A DNA stretch of 64,000 nucleotides from Basidiobolus meristosporus CBS 931.73 (Eukaryota > Fungi > Basidiobolomycota): assembly GCA_002104905.1 (NCBI GenBank), contig MCFE01000032.1, forward strand, positions 62,001 to 126,000, given 5' to 3'. Each line of letters begins with the position of its first letter. Position 1 is the first letter of the stretch. The position numbers and the translations under genes are program-made. Below are positions 11,225 to 24,173 of this stretch, one piece after another. A model generated the notes under the pieces. The model did not search any database and was not told the origin of the DNA. It saw only the letters and a list, made by a program, of their open reading frames with translations.

Positions 11225-14200
11225 TTGATTCAATGTCATAAGAGAAGAGAAAAAAGACCATGTGGCTACTGCAGCAAGCCTCTCAGCCATGAAGCACACA
11301 GACAGCATAGGAAGTATTACAAGAATCAGAGACAGTGTTTTGCCACCCAAGTTATATTTGACCATTCATTGGTAACTACTGTACCAACATTTTCTTGCCG
11401 GCCTGTTGATACTTCTATATTGGCACCTGGCCATCTTTGTCACCTTGAACAAACTGAATCAGGTGAGTTTGTGATGCCTTTAGGCTCACCTCAGTCTTCT
11501 GAATATGGCATGCAGAGTGATAGCCCTGACAATGAAGGCTCACTGATAGATTGTGAGCCTAGCTCCCCTAACAACACTACCATGCTTGTGCCTGGTTAAA
11601 TCTCAATATACAACAAGTCAACACCTGTTGAAACAAATGCCAAGGATACTTTATGGAGCCAAGTGAGCCCTGTAATCCATCTACTGGTGAATGAAGTAAT
11701 CTGTAGCTACAGAAGTGGCATGTTTGCACTAATATCAGTAATGGAGGCTTGGAGGATTTACTACTACTTCTTGCCAAAATCACTCCAAAATGCAACTCCC
11801 CAGGTTCATGGTGTAAGTGGACAACTGTCATGCAGCTGGCAACATATGACCCAGAGACTGTCCTGATTCCAGCATGTGTTAAAAGCTGCATGGCATTCAC
11901 AGCCAAAAATGCTACCATTGCAACATGCCCAAATTGTCAGGAATCCACCACCATTGAGGGAAAACATTGATCTCACTCCAGATATATTCCAGTAATACCC
12001 TGTATCAAGAAGCTAATGCAGTCTAACAAATATTGTAAAGCTATATGGTACCGCACTCAGTATCAATCAAGCACAAACATATCCAATATATTGATGGCAA
12101 ACATTACAAGCAGCTAAGAAGCAAGGGCTACCATGAAGGCATGTATGACCATACCTTAGCCTTAGCTCTTGATGGATTCTTGCTAAACAAATACTCTAGA
12201 AGCAAATCCTGCTGGCTACTAATTCTCATCAATCTGAATTTGTCACCCATCTTACGGTTTCAGAGGAAAAATCTGATGATAGTCTGACTGGTATTTGGGC
12301 CTATATCACTGTCAAACCTGGATAGCTACCTGTATCCATTTCTGGATGAATCTTTTATGCTTTCTAGCAGGATAATAGTAAATGGCCATCATGTAAAAGC
12401 ACATATAATTATCTGCATTGGAGATACCCCAGCCATCAGCAAGATAGCAGGTTCTTCTGGGCACAATGGACAGTATTGCTGTCAGATGTGTGAGATCCAG
12501 GGGATTTACTCCATTACTCACACACATTATGATTACCCAAACACCAACACTAAGAATATCATTTTCCCATAGAGAGGATGTACAGAAGTAAGCATGCAAT
12601 TGCTGCAAAGTTGGTAAGCTATAAGCCATTGGCCATAATACGGAATCAATTGGAAGCCAGAGATACTTAAGATAGAGGGTATCTGTTGGGGCAAAAGCTC
12701 TACACTGGGAGCAATGCATTTGCTTTTCAACATTATCCCTATACTGATGACCAAGTTGTACATGGGACATTTCAAGCTAAATAAGCCCTTTGAGATATCA
12801 GAATATTTGAAAGAATTGGCAAGGTTTTACAGAGTATCTGCTACCCCAAGTACTTCTAACAGGCTCCAATCAATATTCATATGCATATGCAACAATACAA
12901 ATGCAAAGACTGGATGAACTGGATATATATATATTCAAGTGACATTCTGATGCCATTCCTGCCATGGGTACACTGGTAGAGTTGGGAGTTATATGTAGAC
13001 ATTGTAGGAGTATTTATCCGGAAGCTGATCACCTATGCCAACTTAATGCTTCTACAGCTGTTGTGCAAGGGGCTTCAAACAGGATTTGTGTGGTGTGGTG
13101 GTGCAAAGGTACTCCTGGGAGAAGCCACACCACTCAAGGTGTGTGAGGTGTCTGATGGGTGCAATAACCTATGGGTCTAAACTGCTGGTGTCTTTGTCAA
13201 TATGTCACTTTGGTAAAAGCTCCTGCTTCTCTAGCTTCTTTGGTGTTTGAAGTGTCTCCAAAGGCCTCTATGTGTCTTGTGCACTACCCTGAAAAGCTCC
13301 TTGATGGCAGGTTGGAGAGGTAACTGTTAAAGGCAGGTGCAGTGATCAACTGCTAATCAATAAGGGTGAAGTGTTACTGATAGAAAGGATGATTTATTGA
13401 TGAGGGACTGACTTCCCTTAAATACTTTTGCTGATTGCCAAGTGATTACTAAAGACAAGGCTTAAGAAAATTTCAGGCATCAGTGGAATTCTTGATGGCA
13501 TCACTGTGAGCTTAAAATACTCCAAGAAGGTTCTGGAAGTTCCCTAAAAGGCACAGCACATCCAACCAGTCAGGGATCAGTAGTCTGAAACCTTTGCAAC
13601 CTAGAGATACCATATATGGTATTGAAATGATAGGGATGGTAACACAGACCTAGGTCATGTGTCATGGGTACTGACACATATACCTGCCTAATGTAGATAC
13701 ATATACTGATCACAAAGGTGAATAACATCTGGGATAACTAATACCAATAACTAATCAGGGTAAACATCATATGGGGATAATACTAACAATATAGGCACAA
13801 CAAGAATGGGAGGATACTGATACAATAAACTATAGACATGTGCATCATAATAGCTATAGGAATAAACTTGTCTCTGGGAGGTAAGTTTACCCTTCAACAG
13901 CAGCTACACACAAACATAAAGCTGAACATGTAGATCTCTGCCACTACTGTATCCATTCTCTACTCCATCTTGCTTGGTATGTGGAGAATATGGAGCCTTT
14001 CTCATGGTCACAAGCCAAGTTCTACACCATTCAATATGAAATTCACACAAACAAGAGCCAGAGCACAACTATTAGGGGGACTAGAATCCAGCAGGGAAAA
14101 GGAATATATTGGCTAAATACCTAGAAGTTCTATGTGGATATTAAGGAGATATTCATGATAGAAGTGGCGGCAACCAAGCATATGTTAGCAAGATGTATAT

Positions 14201-14382
14201 GTTACCAGCAGTACAAGGTAAATGGCAGCTTTGCAAGTATCACACTAAAAAGCTGTAAAGTTGAAGTGATAGAAGTATGTCAGTTGTGGCAGGTGTGCAC
14301 ATTTGTAGAGGTTGGTAAGCTGGAGGCCATAGTTTACTTTAATTCAAACTATATGTGGAATATTCAAGGTAGTACTGGGTGA
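11225..14382 (+). pseudogene. CACTA transposase of copy B, fragmented and interrupted by a solo LTR
   Basis: ORF fragments 11225-11599, 11749-11970, 12045-12287, 12357-12572 and 14134-14382 match copy A. Confidence 0.75.
13094..13899 (-). mobile_element. Solo LTR (806 bp), same family as 2363-3417, opposite orientation
   Basis: TGTGGTG...TTCAACA; similar to the reverse complement of 2363-3417 (e.g. GGGTGC(G/A)ATAACCT). Absent from CACTA copy A at ~6750. Flanks are GTGG (13090-13093) and GCAG (13900-13903). Confidence 0.75.
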
Positions 14383-15415
14383 GCAAATAAAGAAGGGTGA
14401 TTCTACGGTGGAATGTATGAATTGCAGAAGGGGAGGTAGAGAAAGGAAATACCATTTGGCACATTGGTATGGTAGCATTATACAGAACTAGCTTAAGGCT
14501 GCCATACTGCTGTAATAATGCCATCAGAGTCTGGCTGTGAGGCCATTGAAATACCATCAAGATTTTTGCCATATAAAGCAATTGGAAGTCCTGGCCAGTT
14601 AGATCCATTTAAAATAGTTAGTGCTGATCTGGATGAGATCCACCTGCAGGACCAAATTATTTTTCATAGGGAATAGACTTGTTCCATTGTACTGTGCCAG
14701 GGTGTGTGGCACAATCTGTGGTCATTAAGAACAATTGGGTGCAATATTGTAGCTACCAGTAGGCAGGATTGCTCTTTGACAATTGTGCACCATTTGGGAT
14801 AATCTAACACACTGGCACAATTGGACAAAATGAGGTTAGCACAAATGATTATGCCCACTTGTAATGTTTGCATCACGTGCACAATTGGATACCTCTATTA
14901 TGGTAGGTAAAATCCAGTATTTGGATATGTTTCTTTAATTTAAATGGAAATAAATGTGTATCACACAATAAACTACACTAATACTTACTGTTTTGGTTAC
15001 CATCACTCCAATTGGATGGTATCTCAGTGGTTAATTGGTCCAAAAGTATCCTGGAACTTTCAGCCCCCAATTGGCTCTTTGACAAATACACAAGCTACCA
15101 GATTTGCCATCAAATATCCCATTTTGCCCATTAAGCAAGTAAATCCCTGATCCCAGTGATTGGACAAGGTGTCATAGCTAGCACACAATTGATTGTATGG
15201 GTGAAAACCAGATCAAATGGCTGCACTGGTGCCATAGATGATGTATACGTTTGCAGGGTGTTTATTTATAGGGGTCCTGTCTCAAATGTGAGATGACCTT
15301 AATATTGCTTATATCAAAAATTTAGTGATGACTGACTTGCAATGGCTTGACGCAGATCACAAAAAAAATGCATTGTTTGGATCATTACAAATAATAGCAA
15401 TTCAATGCAATCGCA

Positions 15416-16647
15416 TCATCTTCTCCTAGGCTTTTTTCTCACAGGGATTACTACTGAAGCATATGATTGTGATTCACTTTGCACACCTAAACTACCTTCT
15501 TGTTGACTATCCTCCTAGCTACTTGTGTATTTGTAGTCAGTATTTTGCCTCCTAGTTGATGAGTGCAATGCTGCAGCTTGGCCATGCTGAATTGCTCCAG
15601 ATGATGAAACTGAGCCAGCCTGCTGTGCTACATGCTGACACATTCTTTTACTTGCCAAAGGCTTTGGTGGTGGAGGCACTTCACCAGAAGACACTTGCTG
15701 ATGGTCAGGTGTAATGGCACATATAGATGCAACTTGATGCACTGGCATGGCCCTTAGCTGAGTTCAATGTGATGCCACTTGTTGACCCAAATTGGCCTGC
15801 TCCAATGGATTTGTGTCTTTTTGAGCAGTTTGGCAGGTTCTGGTGGTTTTGCTCTGAAGTGTGTGTGTTGACCCAATATGCATTGAGTCAATGCAGGGCA
15901 CTCTTGTGAAGGGTGTTGGCGTAGTTTGGACTGACGGGCGCTGGTGCGCTGGTGCACTGAAGTTGCAAGGGATGGTAAGGAGTCCAGCAAGGTGTGCTGG
16001 TGCAATCTAGACAATGTTGCTTGCAGTCTGTATTCCCCCTCTTGAAGCTCACCCTCTGAATCCTCAAGGTATTCACATAACCTCTGTCTAATACTTTGCA
16101 ACTGTTGCCTGAACAAGTCCTGTGTATATTGCTCTTGAAAGCCACTTAGCTCTACTAATATATCATGTTATACATTAGTCATTTGAGGCCAAAACTCATT
16201 ATAAATCTTTTTGGTTCCCAAAGTCAAGGCATGAATGGATGTGTCTGGCCTGTACTGTGCAAATTTTTTGCAAAATTGTTCCTGCACAGCTTCCTCATCA
16301 AATCCCCTCACTCTCAGCTCATTCTTGATTTCAATACTTTTCTTGTTATATATCTTCTTACATACATTGGCTGGCATCTTGATGTAGAACTCTTGCCACA
16401 GCTTTCTACTCAAATTCTGCCATCTTTGTTGACTCTCTAAGGTATCTAGTTCTGCTAGATTAATGAGTAGTGCCCAAATATCTGTATGAAGGCTTGTCAT
16501 AGACACTTGGGCCATACTGAAATCATTTAGCAAGAACTTGAATGCATCCAACATTGCCTTTTCTGGTGTGGACCATGCTTGTGAGCTGAAGGATGGGTTT
16601 TGTCTGGGTTGAACTAAAGATGAGCTGAGACTGGGTGTAGGGACCAT
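15416..16647 (-). pseudogene. ORF2 (Myb-like) of PHIS copy 4, fragmented
   Basis: ORF 16168-16647 and downstream fragments are homologous to 3734-5005. Confidence 0.75.
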
Positions 16648-16932
16648 AGTTATGTTTTTGGATACCTATACAGTGGTGTATTGGCATCAGCCTGGTCTTA
16701 TATGAAATATATATGAAAACTATTGAGATTGTTGAATTTTCCATATATCAGACTTGTTCCGTTGGATAGTACCACATAGTGCCAGCCTGTTTATGGTGCC
16801 GGATTGATCTGGCACTCTACAGCACTATCTGGCACTATAATTTCTACCATGATGCCTGTGGTATGATACAGCTACTGGTAATTTTACTCAATCTTACTTA
16901 TGTTGCTCAGAATAGTGCTTTCCTTGCTTTAT

Positions 16933-17817
16933 TTACTCTTCATAATGCTCCAGACACATTTCTCTCAGTGGATGTCTTCTTGTATGAACATACTGTGCAT
17001 TAACAAGTATCTTAACTATTTTACCTATTCTGCTGTTTTCTCCTATATATGACTTTCCTCTGTATTTAACTGCCAATATGCTGAATCTCTTCAGATATCC
17101 AAAAGTGTGCTCTACCCTTACTCTGAAATGATTAAATATCTCATTGTAAAGCTTCTGCTTCCTGCTAAGTACACCATTCCTTGGCTTCCTATAAGCTGTA
17201 ATACATCCTAATCTCTGACAATCCTCTCCTTTATAGGCTAAGTCTGCCATACATTTCTCCCCTCTACTGAATTCAGGATGATTCTCTACCCAGAGTGCTT
17301 TGTCATGCCTACTTCCAGCAAATGGCCCACTAAACCAGATGATGTTACCCTCAATGTCAGACAGTGCTTGAAACTTCACACAGTGTGCCTTGTACTTGCC
17401 AGAATAAAAGTGCCTCTGCCCACTAGAAGGTTGGTTAATCCTCACTGGGAAGGTATCCAAAATACTCCTAATATGGAACCTGTTGCTGAACACTCTGGGA
17501 TATGGAAGTCTATTGGAGCTCCTGAACCTAGTATTCCAAGCTTGCTCTAAGTCATTCATACCCTCTGCAAGGTGGTTCTCCATTGCTGTCAGCTGGGAAT
17601 TAAAGCTTCTGGGACTTTTGTTGCCATGGATGGTGGGATGAAACCTTGTACGGCAATAGTTCTTGTAATAGCAGAGAAGCTTAACAAGGGATCTCCTTGA
17701 GTAGATTGGGGTTGATGGTCCACAGTACTTGGAGTAGATCTCCTCTAGTGTGTCAAAAGGAAATCCAGTGGTAGTGATGGGATTGATGAGAAAAGACCAT
17801 TCAGATGAGTAAGTCAT
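16933..17817 (-). CDS. DDE_Tnp_4-type transposase, intact, 294 aa
   Basis: Open frame with the same D-D-E motifs as copy 1. Confidence 0.9.
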   Translation of the reverse strand: MTYSSEWSFLINPITTTGFPFDTLEEIYSKYCGPSTPIYSRRSLVKLLCYYKNYCRTRFHPTIHGNKSPRSFNSQLTAMENHLAEGMNDLEQAWNTRFRSSNRLPYPRVFSNRFHIRSILDTFPVRINQPSSGQRHFYSGKYKAHCVKFQALSDIEGNIIWFSGPFAGSRHDKALWVENHPEFSRGEKCMADLAYKGEDCQRLGCITAYRKPRNGVLSRKQKLYNEIFNHFRVRVEHTFGYLKRFSILAVKYRGKSYIGENSRIGKIVKILVNAQYVHTRRHPLREMCLEHYEE

Positions 17818-18176
17818 ATTAAAATTGGTGGATGATTGTATTCAAGCGGTTTGAATTGATTTGGCGTGATCCGCCTTATTTATCTGATTTTTAATACATT
17901 ATGGTTAAATCTCCATCAATTGCCATGTATCCCATCATTATGTCGCAAAAATCATCCGCAAACAATGCCTTGGTACTTTTATTGATGCTTTAATCATAGG
18001 TCTATAATCAAATAGGAAATCTGCGATTGATGTGATCTGATCCATGTCAACGCAATCCAAGATGCATCATGCATAATATATGGAAAATTCAACAATCACA
18101 TTAGTTTTCATATATATTTCATATAAGACCAGGTTGATGCCAACATACTGCTGTATAAGTATCTAAATCTGTTGCT

Positions 18177-19423
18177 ATGGTCCCCATACCAAGCCTCAAC
18201 TCATCTTTAGTACAACCCAGACAAAACCCATCCCCCAGCTCACAAGCGCGGTCCAGACCGGAAAAGTCAATGTCAGATCCATTTGAGTTCTTGCCAAATG
18301 ATTTTAGTATGGCCCAAGTGTCTATAATGAGCCTTCATACAGATATTTGGGCACTACTGATTAATCTAGCAGAACTAGATACCTCAGAGAGTCAACAAAG
18401 ATGGCAGAATTTGAGTAGAAAGCTGTGTCATGAGTTCTACATCAAGATGCCAGCCAATGTATGTAAAAAGATATATAACAAGACAAGTATTGAAATCAAG
18501 AATGAGCTGAGAGTGAGGGAATTTGACAAAGAAGCCGCATGGGAGCAATTTTGCGCGCAATTTGCACAGTATGGGCCGGACACGTCCGTTCGTGCCTCAA
18601 CTTTCGGAACCAAAGAGATTTTGAATGAGTTTTTGCCTCAAAAGACTAATGTACTACGTGATATATTAGTAGAGCTAAGTGACTTCCAAGAGCAATATAC
18701 ACAGGACTCATCCAGGCAACAGCTCCAAAGTATCAGACAGAGGGTAAGTGAATACATTGAGGAATCAGATGGTGAGCTTCAGGAGGAAGAATACAGACCG
18801 CAAGCAACATCATCCAGATTGCACCAGCACGCCTTCCTGGATTCCCTACCATCTCTTGCAATCACAGCGCGCCAGCGCATGTCAGTCCAGAGTACACCAA
18901 CACCCTTTACCAGAACGCCCTGCATCAAGTCAACGCGCGTTGGGTCAACACGCACGCTTCAGAGCAAAACTACGAGAACTCGCCAAACTGCTCATTTAGA
19001 CAAGAGTCCATTGGAGTGGACCAAGTCGCGTCAACTTGCAGCATCACATTGAACTCAGCCAAGGGCCATCTCAACGTGTCAAGGCGTGCCTGCACGTGCT
19101 GTTTTGCCTGACCATCAGCAAGTTACTTCTGGTGAACTGACTGATGATGACCAACATGAAGTGCCTCAACCACTGGAGCCCTTGGCAAGTAAAAGAACGC
19201 GTCAGTGCATGGCACTACAGGCCGGTTCAGTTGGTTCAGTTGGAGCAATTCAGCGCGGCCAAGCTGTAGCATCACACTATCAACTAGGAGGCAAAATACT
19301 GACTACAAATACACAAGTAGCCAAGATGATAGTCAGCCAGGAAGTAGTATAGGTGTGCAAAGTGAGTCACTACCAAGTGCTTCAGTAGTAATCCCTGTGA
19401 GAAAAAAACCCAGGAGAAGATGA
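18177..19423 (+). pseudogene. ORF2 (Myb-like) of PHIS copy 2, TGA at 19050-19052 plus a downstream frameshift
   Basis: Homologous to 3734-5005, with the same premature stop as copy 1. Confidence 0.75.
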
Positions 19424-20423
19424 TGCAATTGCTTTGAATTGCTCACATTTGTAATGATCCCGACAACCCTTTTTTTTTGTGATCCAAATCAAGCCATCGC
19501 AATCAGTGATCATCAAATTTTTGATATAAGTAATATCAAGGTTGTCTCACATTTGAGACAGAACCCCTATAAATAAACACCCTGCATATATATACATCAT
19601 CTGTAATACCAGTGCAGCTATTGGATCTGTTTTGCACCTACACAATCGCTTGCGTGCTGGCTATGACACCTTGTCCAATCACTAGGATCAGGTATTTACT
19701 TGCTCAATGAGCAAAATGGGATATTTGATGGCAAATCAGGTAGCTTTTTTAGTAGTCAATGAGCCAATTGGGGGCTGTCAGCTTCAGGATACTTTTGGAC
19801 CAATTAACCACTGAGATACCGTCCAATTGGAGTGAGGGTAACCAAAATGGTAAGTATTAGTGTAGTTTATAGTGTGATACACATTTATTTCCATTTACAT
19901 TAAAGAAACATATCCAAATACCTGATTTTACCTGCCATAATGGCGGTATCCAATTGCGCACGTGATGCAAACATTACAAGTTGGCGCGATCATCCGTTCC
20001 AACCTCATCATGTCAGATTGTGTCATAGTGTGCAAGATTGTCCCTCATAATGCGAAATTGTCCAAGAACAATCCTTCTTTCTGGTAGCTATAATATTGCG
20101 CCCAATTGTTCTTTACAACCGCGGATCATGCCACACGCCCTGGCACGGTACAATGGAACAAGTCTATTATGCATGATGCATCTTGGATTGCATTGACACA
20201 GATCAGATCACATCAATTGCAGATTTCCTATTTGATTATAGACTTTTGAGTAAAACATCAATAAAAATACCCAGTCATTGTTTGAGGATGATTTTTGCAA
20301 CATAATAATGGGATACATGGCAATTGATGGAGATTTAATCTCAATGCATGGAAAATCAGATAAATAAAGCTGATAGCGCCAAATTGAATCAAATCAACTC
20401 AGCACAATCCTCCCAATTTTAAT

Positions 20424-21308
20424 ATGACTTACTCATCTGAATGGTCTTTTCTCATCAATCTCATCACTACCACTGGATTTCCTTTTGACACACTAGAGGA
20501 GATCTATTCCAAGTACTGTGGTCCATCTACCCCAATCTACTCAAGGAGATCCCTTGTTAAGCTTCTCTGCTATTACAAGAACTCTTGCCCTACAAGGTTT
20601 CATCCCACCATCCATGGCAACAAAAGTCCTAGAATCTTTCATTCTCAGCTGACAGCAATGGAGAACCACCTTGCAGAGGGTACAAATGACTTAGAGCAAG
20701 CTTGGAGTACTAGGTTCATAAGCTCCAATAGACTTCCATATCCCAGAGTGTTCAGCAACAGGTTCCATATCAGGAGTATTTTGGATACCTTCCCAGTGAG
20801 GATTAACTGACCTTCTAGAGGGTAGAGGCACTTTTATTCTGGCAAGTACAAGGCACACTGTGTGAAGTTTCAAGCACTGTCTGACATTGAGGGTAACATC
20901 ATCTGGTTTAGTGGGCCATTTGCTGGAAGTAGGCATGACAAAGCTCTCTGGGTAGAGAATCATCCAGAATTCAGTAGAGAGGAGAAATATATGGCAGACT
21001 TAGCTTATATAGGAGAGGATTGTCAGAGATTAGGATGTATTACATCTTATAGGAAGCCAAGGAATGATGTGCTTAGCAGGAAGCAGAAGCCCTACAATGA
21101 GATATTTAATCATTTCAGAGTGAGGGTAGAGCATACACTTGGATATCTGAAGAGATTCAGCATATTGGTAGGTAAATACAGAGGAAAGTTATATATAGGA
21201 GAAAACAGCAGAAGAGGTAAAATAGATAAGATACTTATCAATGCGCAGTATATTCATACAAGAAGACATCCACTGCAAGAAATGTGTCTGGAGCATTATG
21301 ACAAGTAA
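20424..21308 (+). pseudogene. Transposase of PHIS copy 4, nonsense codon at 20808-20810
   Basis: In-frame ORFs 20424-20810 and 20862-21308 are separated by a TGA where the other copies have AGA or CAA. Confidence 0.85.
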
Positions 21309-21486
21309 ATAAAGCAAGGAAAGCACTTCTCTGAGCAACATAAGTAAAATTGAGTAAAATTACCAGTAACTATGACCTACCACTGGCATGATGGTAGAAA
21401 TATATATATAGTGCCACATAGTGCCAGATCAATCCAGCACTATAAACAGGCTGGCACTATGTGGCGCTATCCAATGGAACAAGTCT

Positions 21487-23990
21487 AATCCTTAAAGTAC
21501 CAGAACAAAGAACAAAGAGTGTTTAACTGCATTTGCCTCAATGTTGAAGACAAATTACTAATTCAATGCTCAAGAGCAAAAGCAACAAAGAATGCCTGGA
21601 AGGCAATAGAGGACACCTATTAGTTGTGTTCAGCTGCTAAGAAAATGTATCTGAGACAAAAATTCTTTACTACAAAGATGCAGCCAGGAGAAGTAATGAA
21701 AAATTTAATAAACAAGATGACCCTCCTGGTGGATGAGTGGGAATCTGTGGGAGCACCAACTACTGACAAGGATATGATAGTAACCATCCTGAATAGCCTG
21801 ACAGACACATTTCAAGGTCCTGTATCAGCCCTAGATTCCAGGACTGAAGATTTGACACTAGATTATGTACATAGAAGGCTCCTGGATGAAGAATTAAGAA
21901 AATCAGGTGCCAATAATAAGGAAGAAGAAAATGCTTTAGTAAGCAGTGATAACCAACAAAGGAGGTAACCAAGACCCTACAAAGGCAACAGCAACCTGTT
22001 TGTAGTTACAGCAAAAGGAAAGGAGACACATCAGACTAGTGTCTCAAAAATTGAGATAATCAGCAATATAAGCCTGAATATCAAAATGATGTAACAACTC
22101 TAGATAGACTATGCATATCTGCACTATATATGAACACAAACAAGGATTCTTAGACATGGTACATTGACTCTGGAGCCTTTCAACACTTTACACACCAAAA
22201 AGAACTTTCACTCAAGACCAGGAAGTTCCAATCAAGAAGGTTTTAAGGGCTACAATAGAACACTAGATGCAGTGGGAGAAGGAACTATCCAAGTGAACCT
22301 TAGAAGCAGTGAAGGAAGCCGTACACTGAGCTTTAAAAAAGTATTCTATATAACAGAAATAACCAAGAACCTACTATCTGCAAGCAAGACCACAGCAGAA
22401 GGACTTAGTTCCAGCTTTGACAATTCTGGATGCATGATCACTGATCAAAATGGGGGCCATAATGCTTTGGGCAACAGAGATTAGAATCTGTATAAGTTAA
22501 CTTATATTCCATTGTTTCTGGATGCCAATATATGTAACTTAAATGAAGAAACACCAATGCTTTGGCACAGGAGATATGAGCAAATCAATTTTGATTATTT
22601 GTGCAAAATGATCAAAGTTCAGCTATTCTCTGGAGTAAAAATTGATCCCCCAGCTGGTTTGGAGCCCTGTAGATCCTGCATATATGGAAAACAAGCCCAA
22701 AAACTGGCCAAGAGCTCTGGCTCAATCAAAACTAAGAGAAATTGGATCTAATTCACTCAGTTCTGTGTGGACCTATGCAAAATTTATTTGTAGGTGAGAT
22801 GAAGTATTTAATCACTTTTATTGATGATTATACAAGATGCATATGGATCTGCTTCATGGAGAGAAAGGAAGAAGCTCTGTCTAAGCTCATGGAGCTTAAA
22901 GCCATGGTGGAGAGAGAAACTGGTAAAAAAATCAAGCAAATACGCTCTGACAATGCTGCAGAATATACCTCAAAACTCTTCATTGACTTCTGCAAAATTC
23001 ATAGGGTAAAGTAAGAGACTACTATGCCATACTCCCCACATCAAAATGGAGTAGCCAAGTATGCAAACAGATCAATTATGATATGGCAAGATCTATGATC
23101 CGTGATCAAAAATTATCCTATGATTTTTGGGTGGAATCAGTTGCCACAGCTGTATACCATAAAAACAGGAGTTATAAAGAGTACTTTGTGATTCTGCTTC
23201 ATTTGAAGCATGGTATGGATACAGTCCACATGCAGAGCATCTACTAATACTTGGGTGTACAGCATATGCTAAGAAACTGCCCAGAAATCAGTCAAAATTT
23301 TGAGGCAAAAAGTATAAAATGCATATTTTTGGGCTACTGCAAGGAGAGTAAGGCTTACAGATTCAACAATCTCAAAGCAAAGAGGCTGATCAAGTCCAGG
23401 GATGTGTTGTTAAATGAAAATTCAAAATTGTCACAAAAAATGACATCAGATGATTACAAAAGTTTTAACTCAAGTCCACCAATTGCCAGGATTGAATTGG
23501 AGCAAAACAATGAGAACTCTTTCACTGCAGAGGACTCTACAACTATGGTTCAGCCTGAAGCAGTGCCCAGAAAAGTTCCAGAAGTGTTCATTCTGGTATT
23601 AAATGCCTGGAGATCCAATTGGACTAGAAATAGACCAATTTACTATATCAATGAGGGTACAAACTTAGCCTATGCTCATTCAGTCCATATTGAAGATCCC
23701 CAGACTGTAAAAGAGGCCCTAAATAGCCTGCAGACAAAGTTTTGGAGATCTGCAAAGACTAAGGAATATCAGGCCCTAATGGAAAATCAAACTTGGGACT
23801 CAGTCAGATTACCAATTATCCAAAAACCAATTGTATACAGATGGGTGTTCAAGATAAAATACAAGGCTGACAGCACAATTGAAAGATACAAAGCAGGACT
23901 TGAGGCCAAAGGATACTCCCAAACAAAAGGACTTGACTATACTGAGACTTTTGCACTGGTAGCCAAGTTTAATTTCATCAGATTATTATT
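21487..23990 (+). mobile_element. Ty1/copia retrotransposon internal relic (gag-PR-IN-start of RT), no LTRs in view
   Basis: UBN2-like gag (KNAWKAIEDTY, KMQPGE), protease WYIDSG, LWHRR..CRSCIYGKQ, integrase FIDDYTR / IRSDNAAEY / PHQNGVA, RT start RWVFKIK..ERYKA.L.AKGYSQ.KGLDY.ETFA. Copia domain order, many stops. Confidence 0.9.
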
Positions 23991-24173
23991 AGACTTGTTC
24001 CGTTGGATAGTGCCACATAGTGCCAGCCTGTTTATGGTGCCGGATTGATCTGGCACTCTACGGCTCTATCTGGCACTATAATTTCTACCATGATGCCAGT
24101 GGTATGATACAGTTACTGGTAATCTTACTCAATCTTACTTATGTTGCTCAGAATAGTGCTTTCCTTGCTTTAT

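Larger units (their letters stand above)
8721..14674 (+). mobile_element. CACTA/EnSpm-type transposon, decayed copy B (left end approximate; cut at right by PHIS copy 4)
   Basis: 10850-14670 aligns with copy A. The CPNCQ zinc motif and ALDGF/GDTPAISKIAG..GHNG..CC.MC motifs are present. CACTG at 8721 is only a candidate terminus. Confidence 0.72.
16750..20165 (-). mobile_element. PHIS copy 2, nested in copy 4
   Basis: TIRs at 16750 and ending at 20165; flanks ATC and ATT. Removing it restores CCATATATTATGCATG, the sequence present in the other copies. Confidence 0.92.
14675..21486 (+). mobile_element. PHIS copy 4 (inverted, most diverged), host of nested copy 2
   Basis: Right TIR at 14675 and left TIR ending at 21486, both flanked by AAT (ATT on the element strand). 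ORF2 relic at 15416-16647 (-) and transposase at 20424-21308 (+). Confidence 0.88.
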
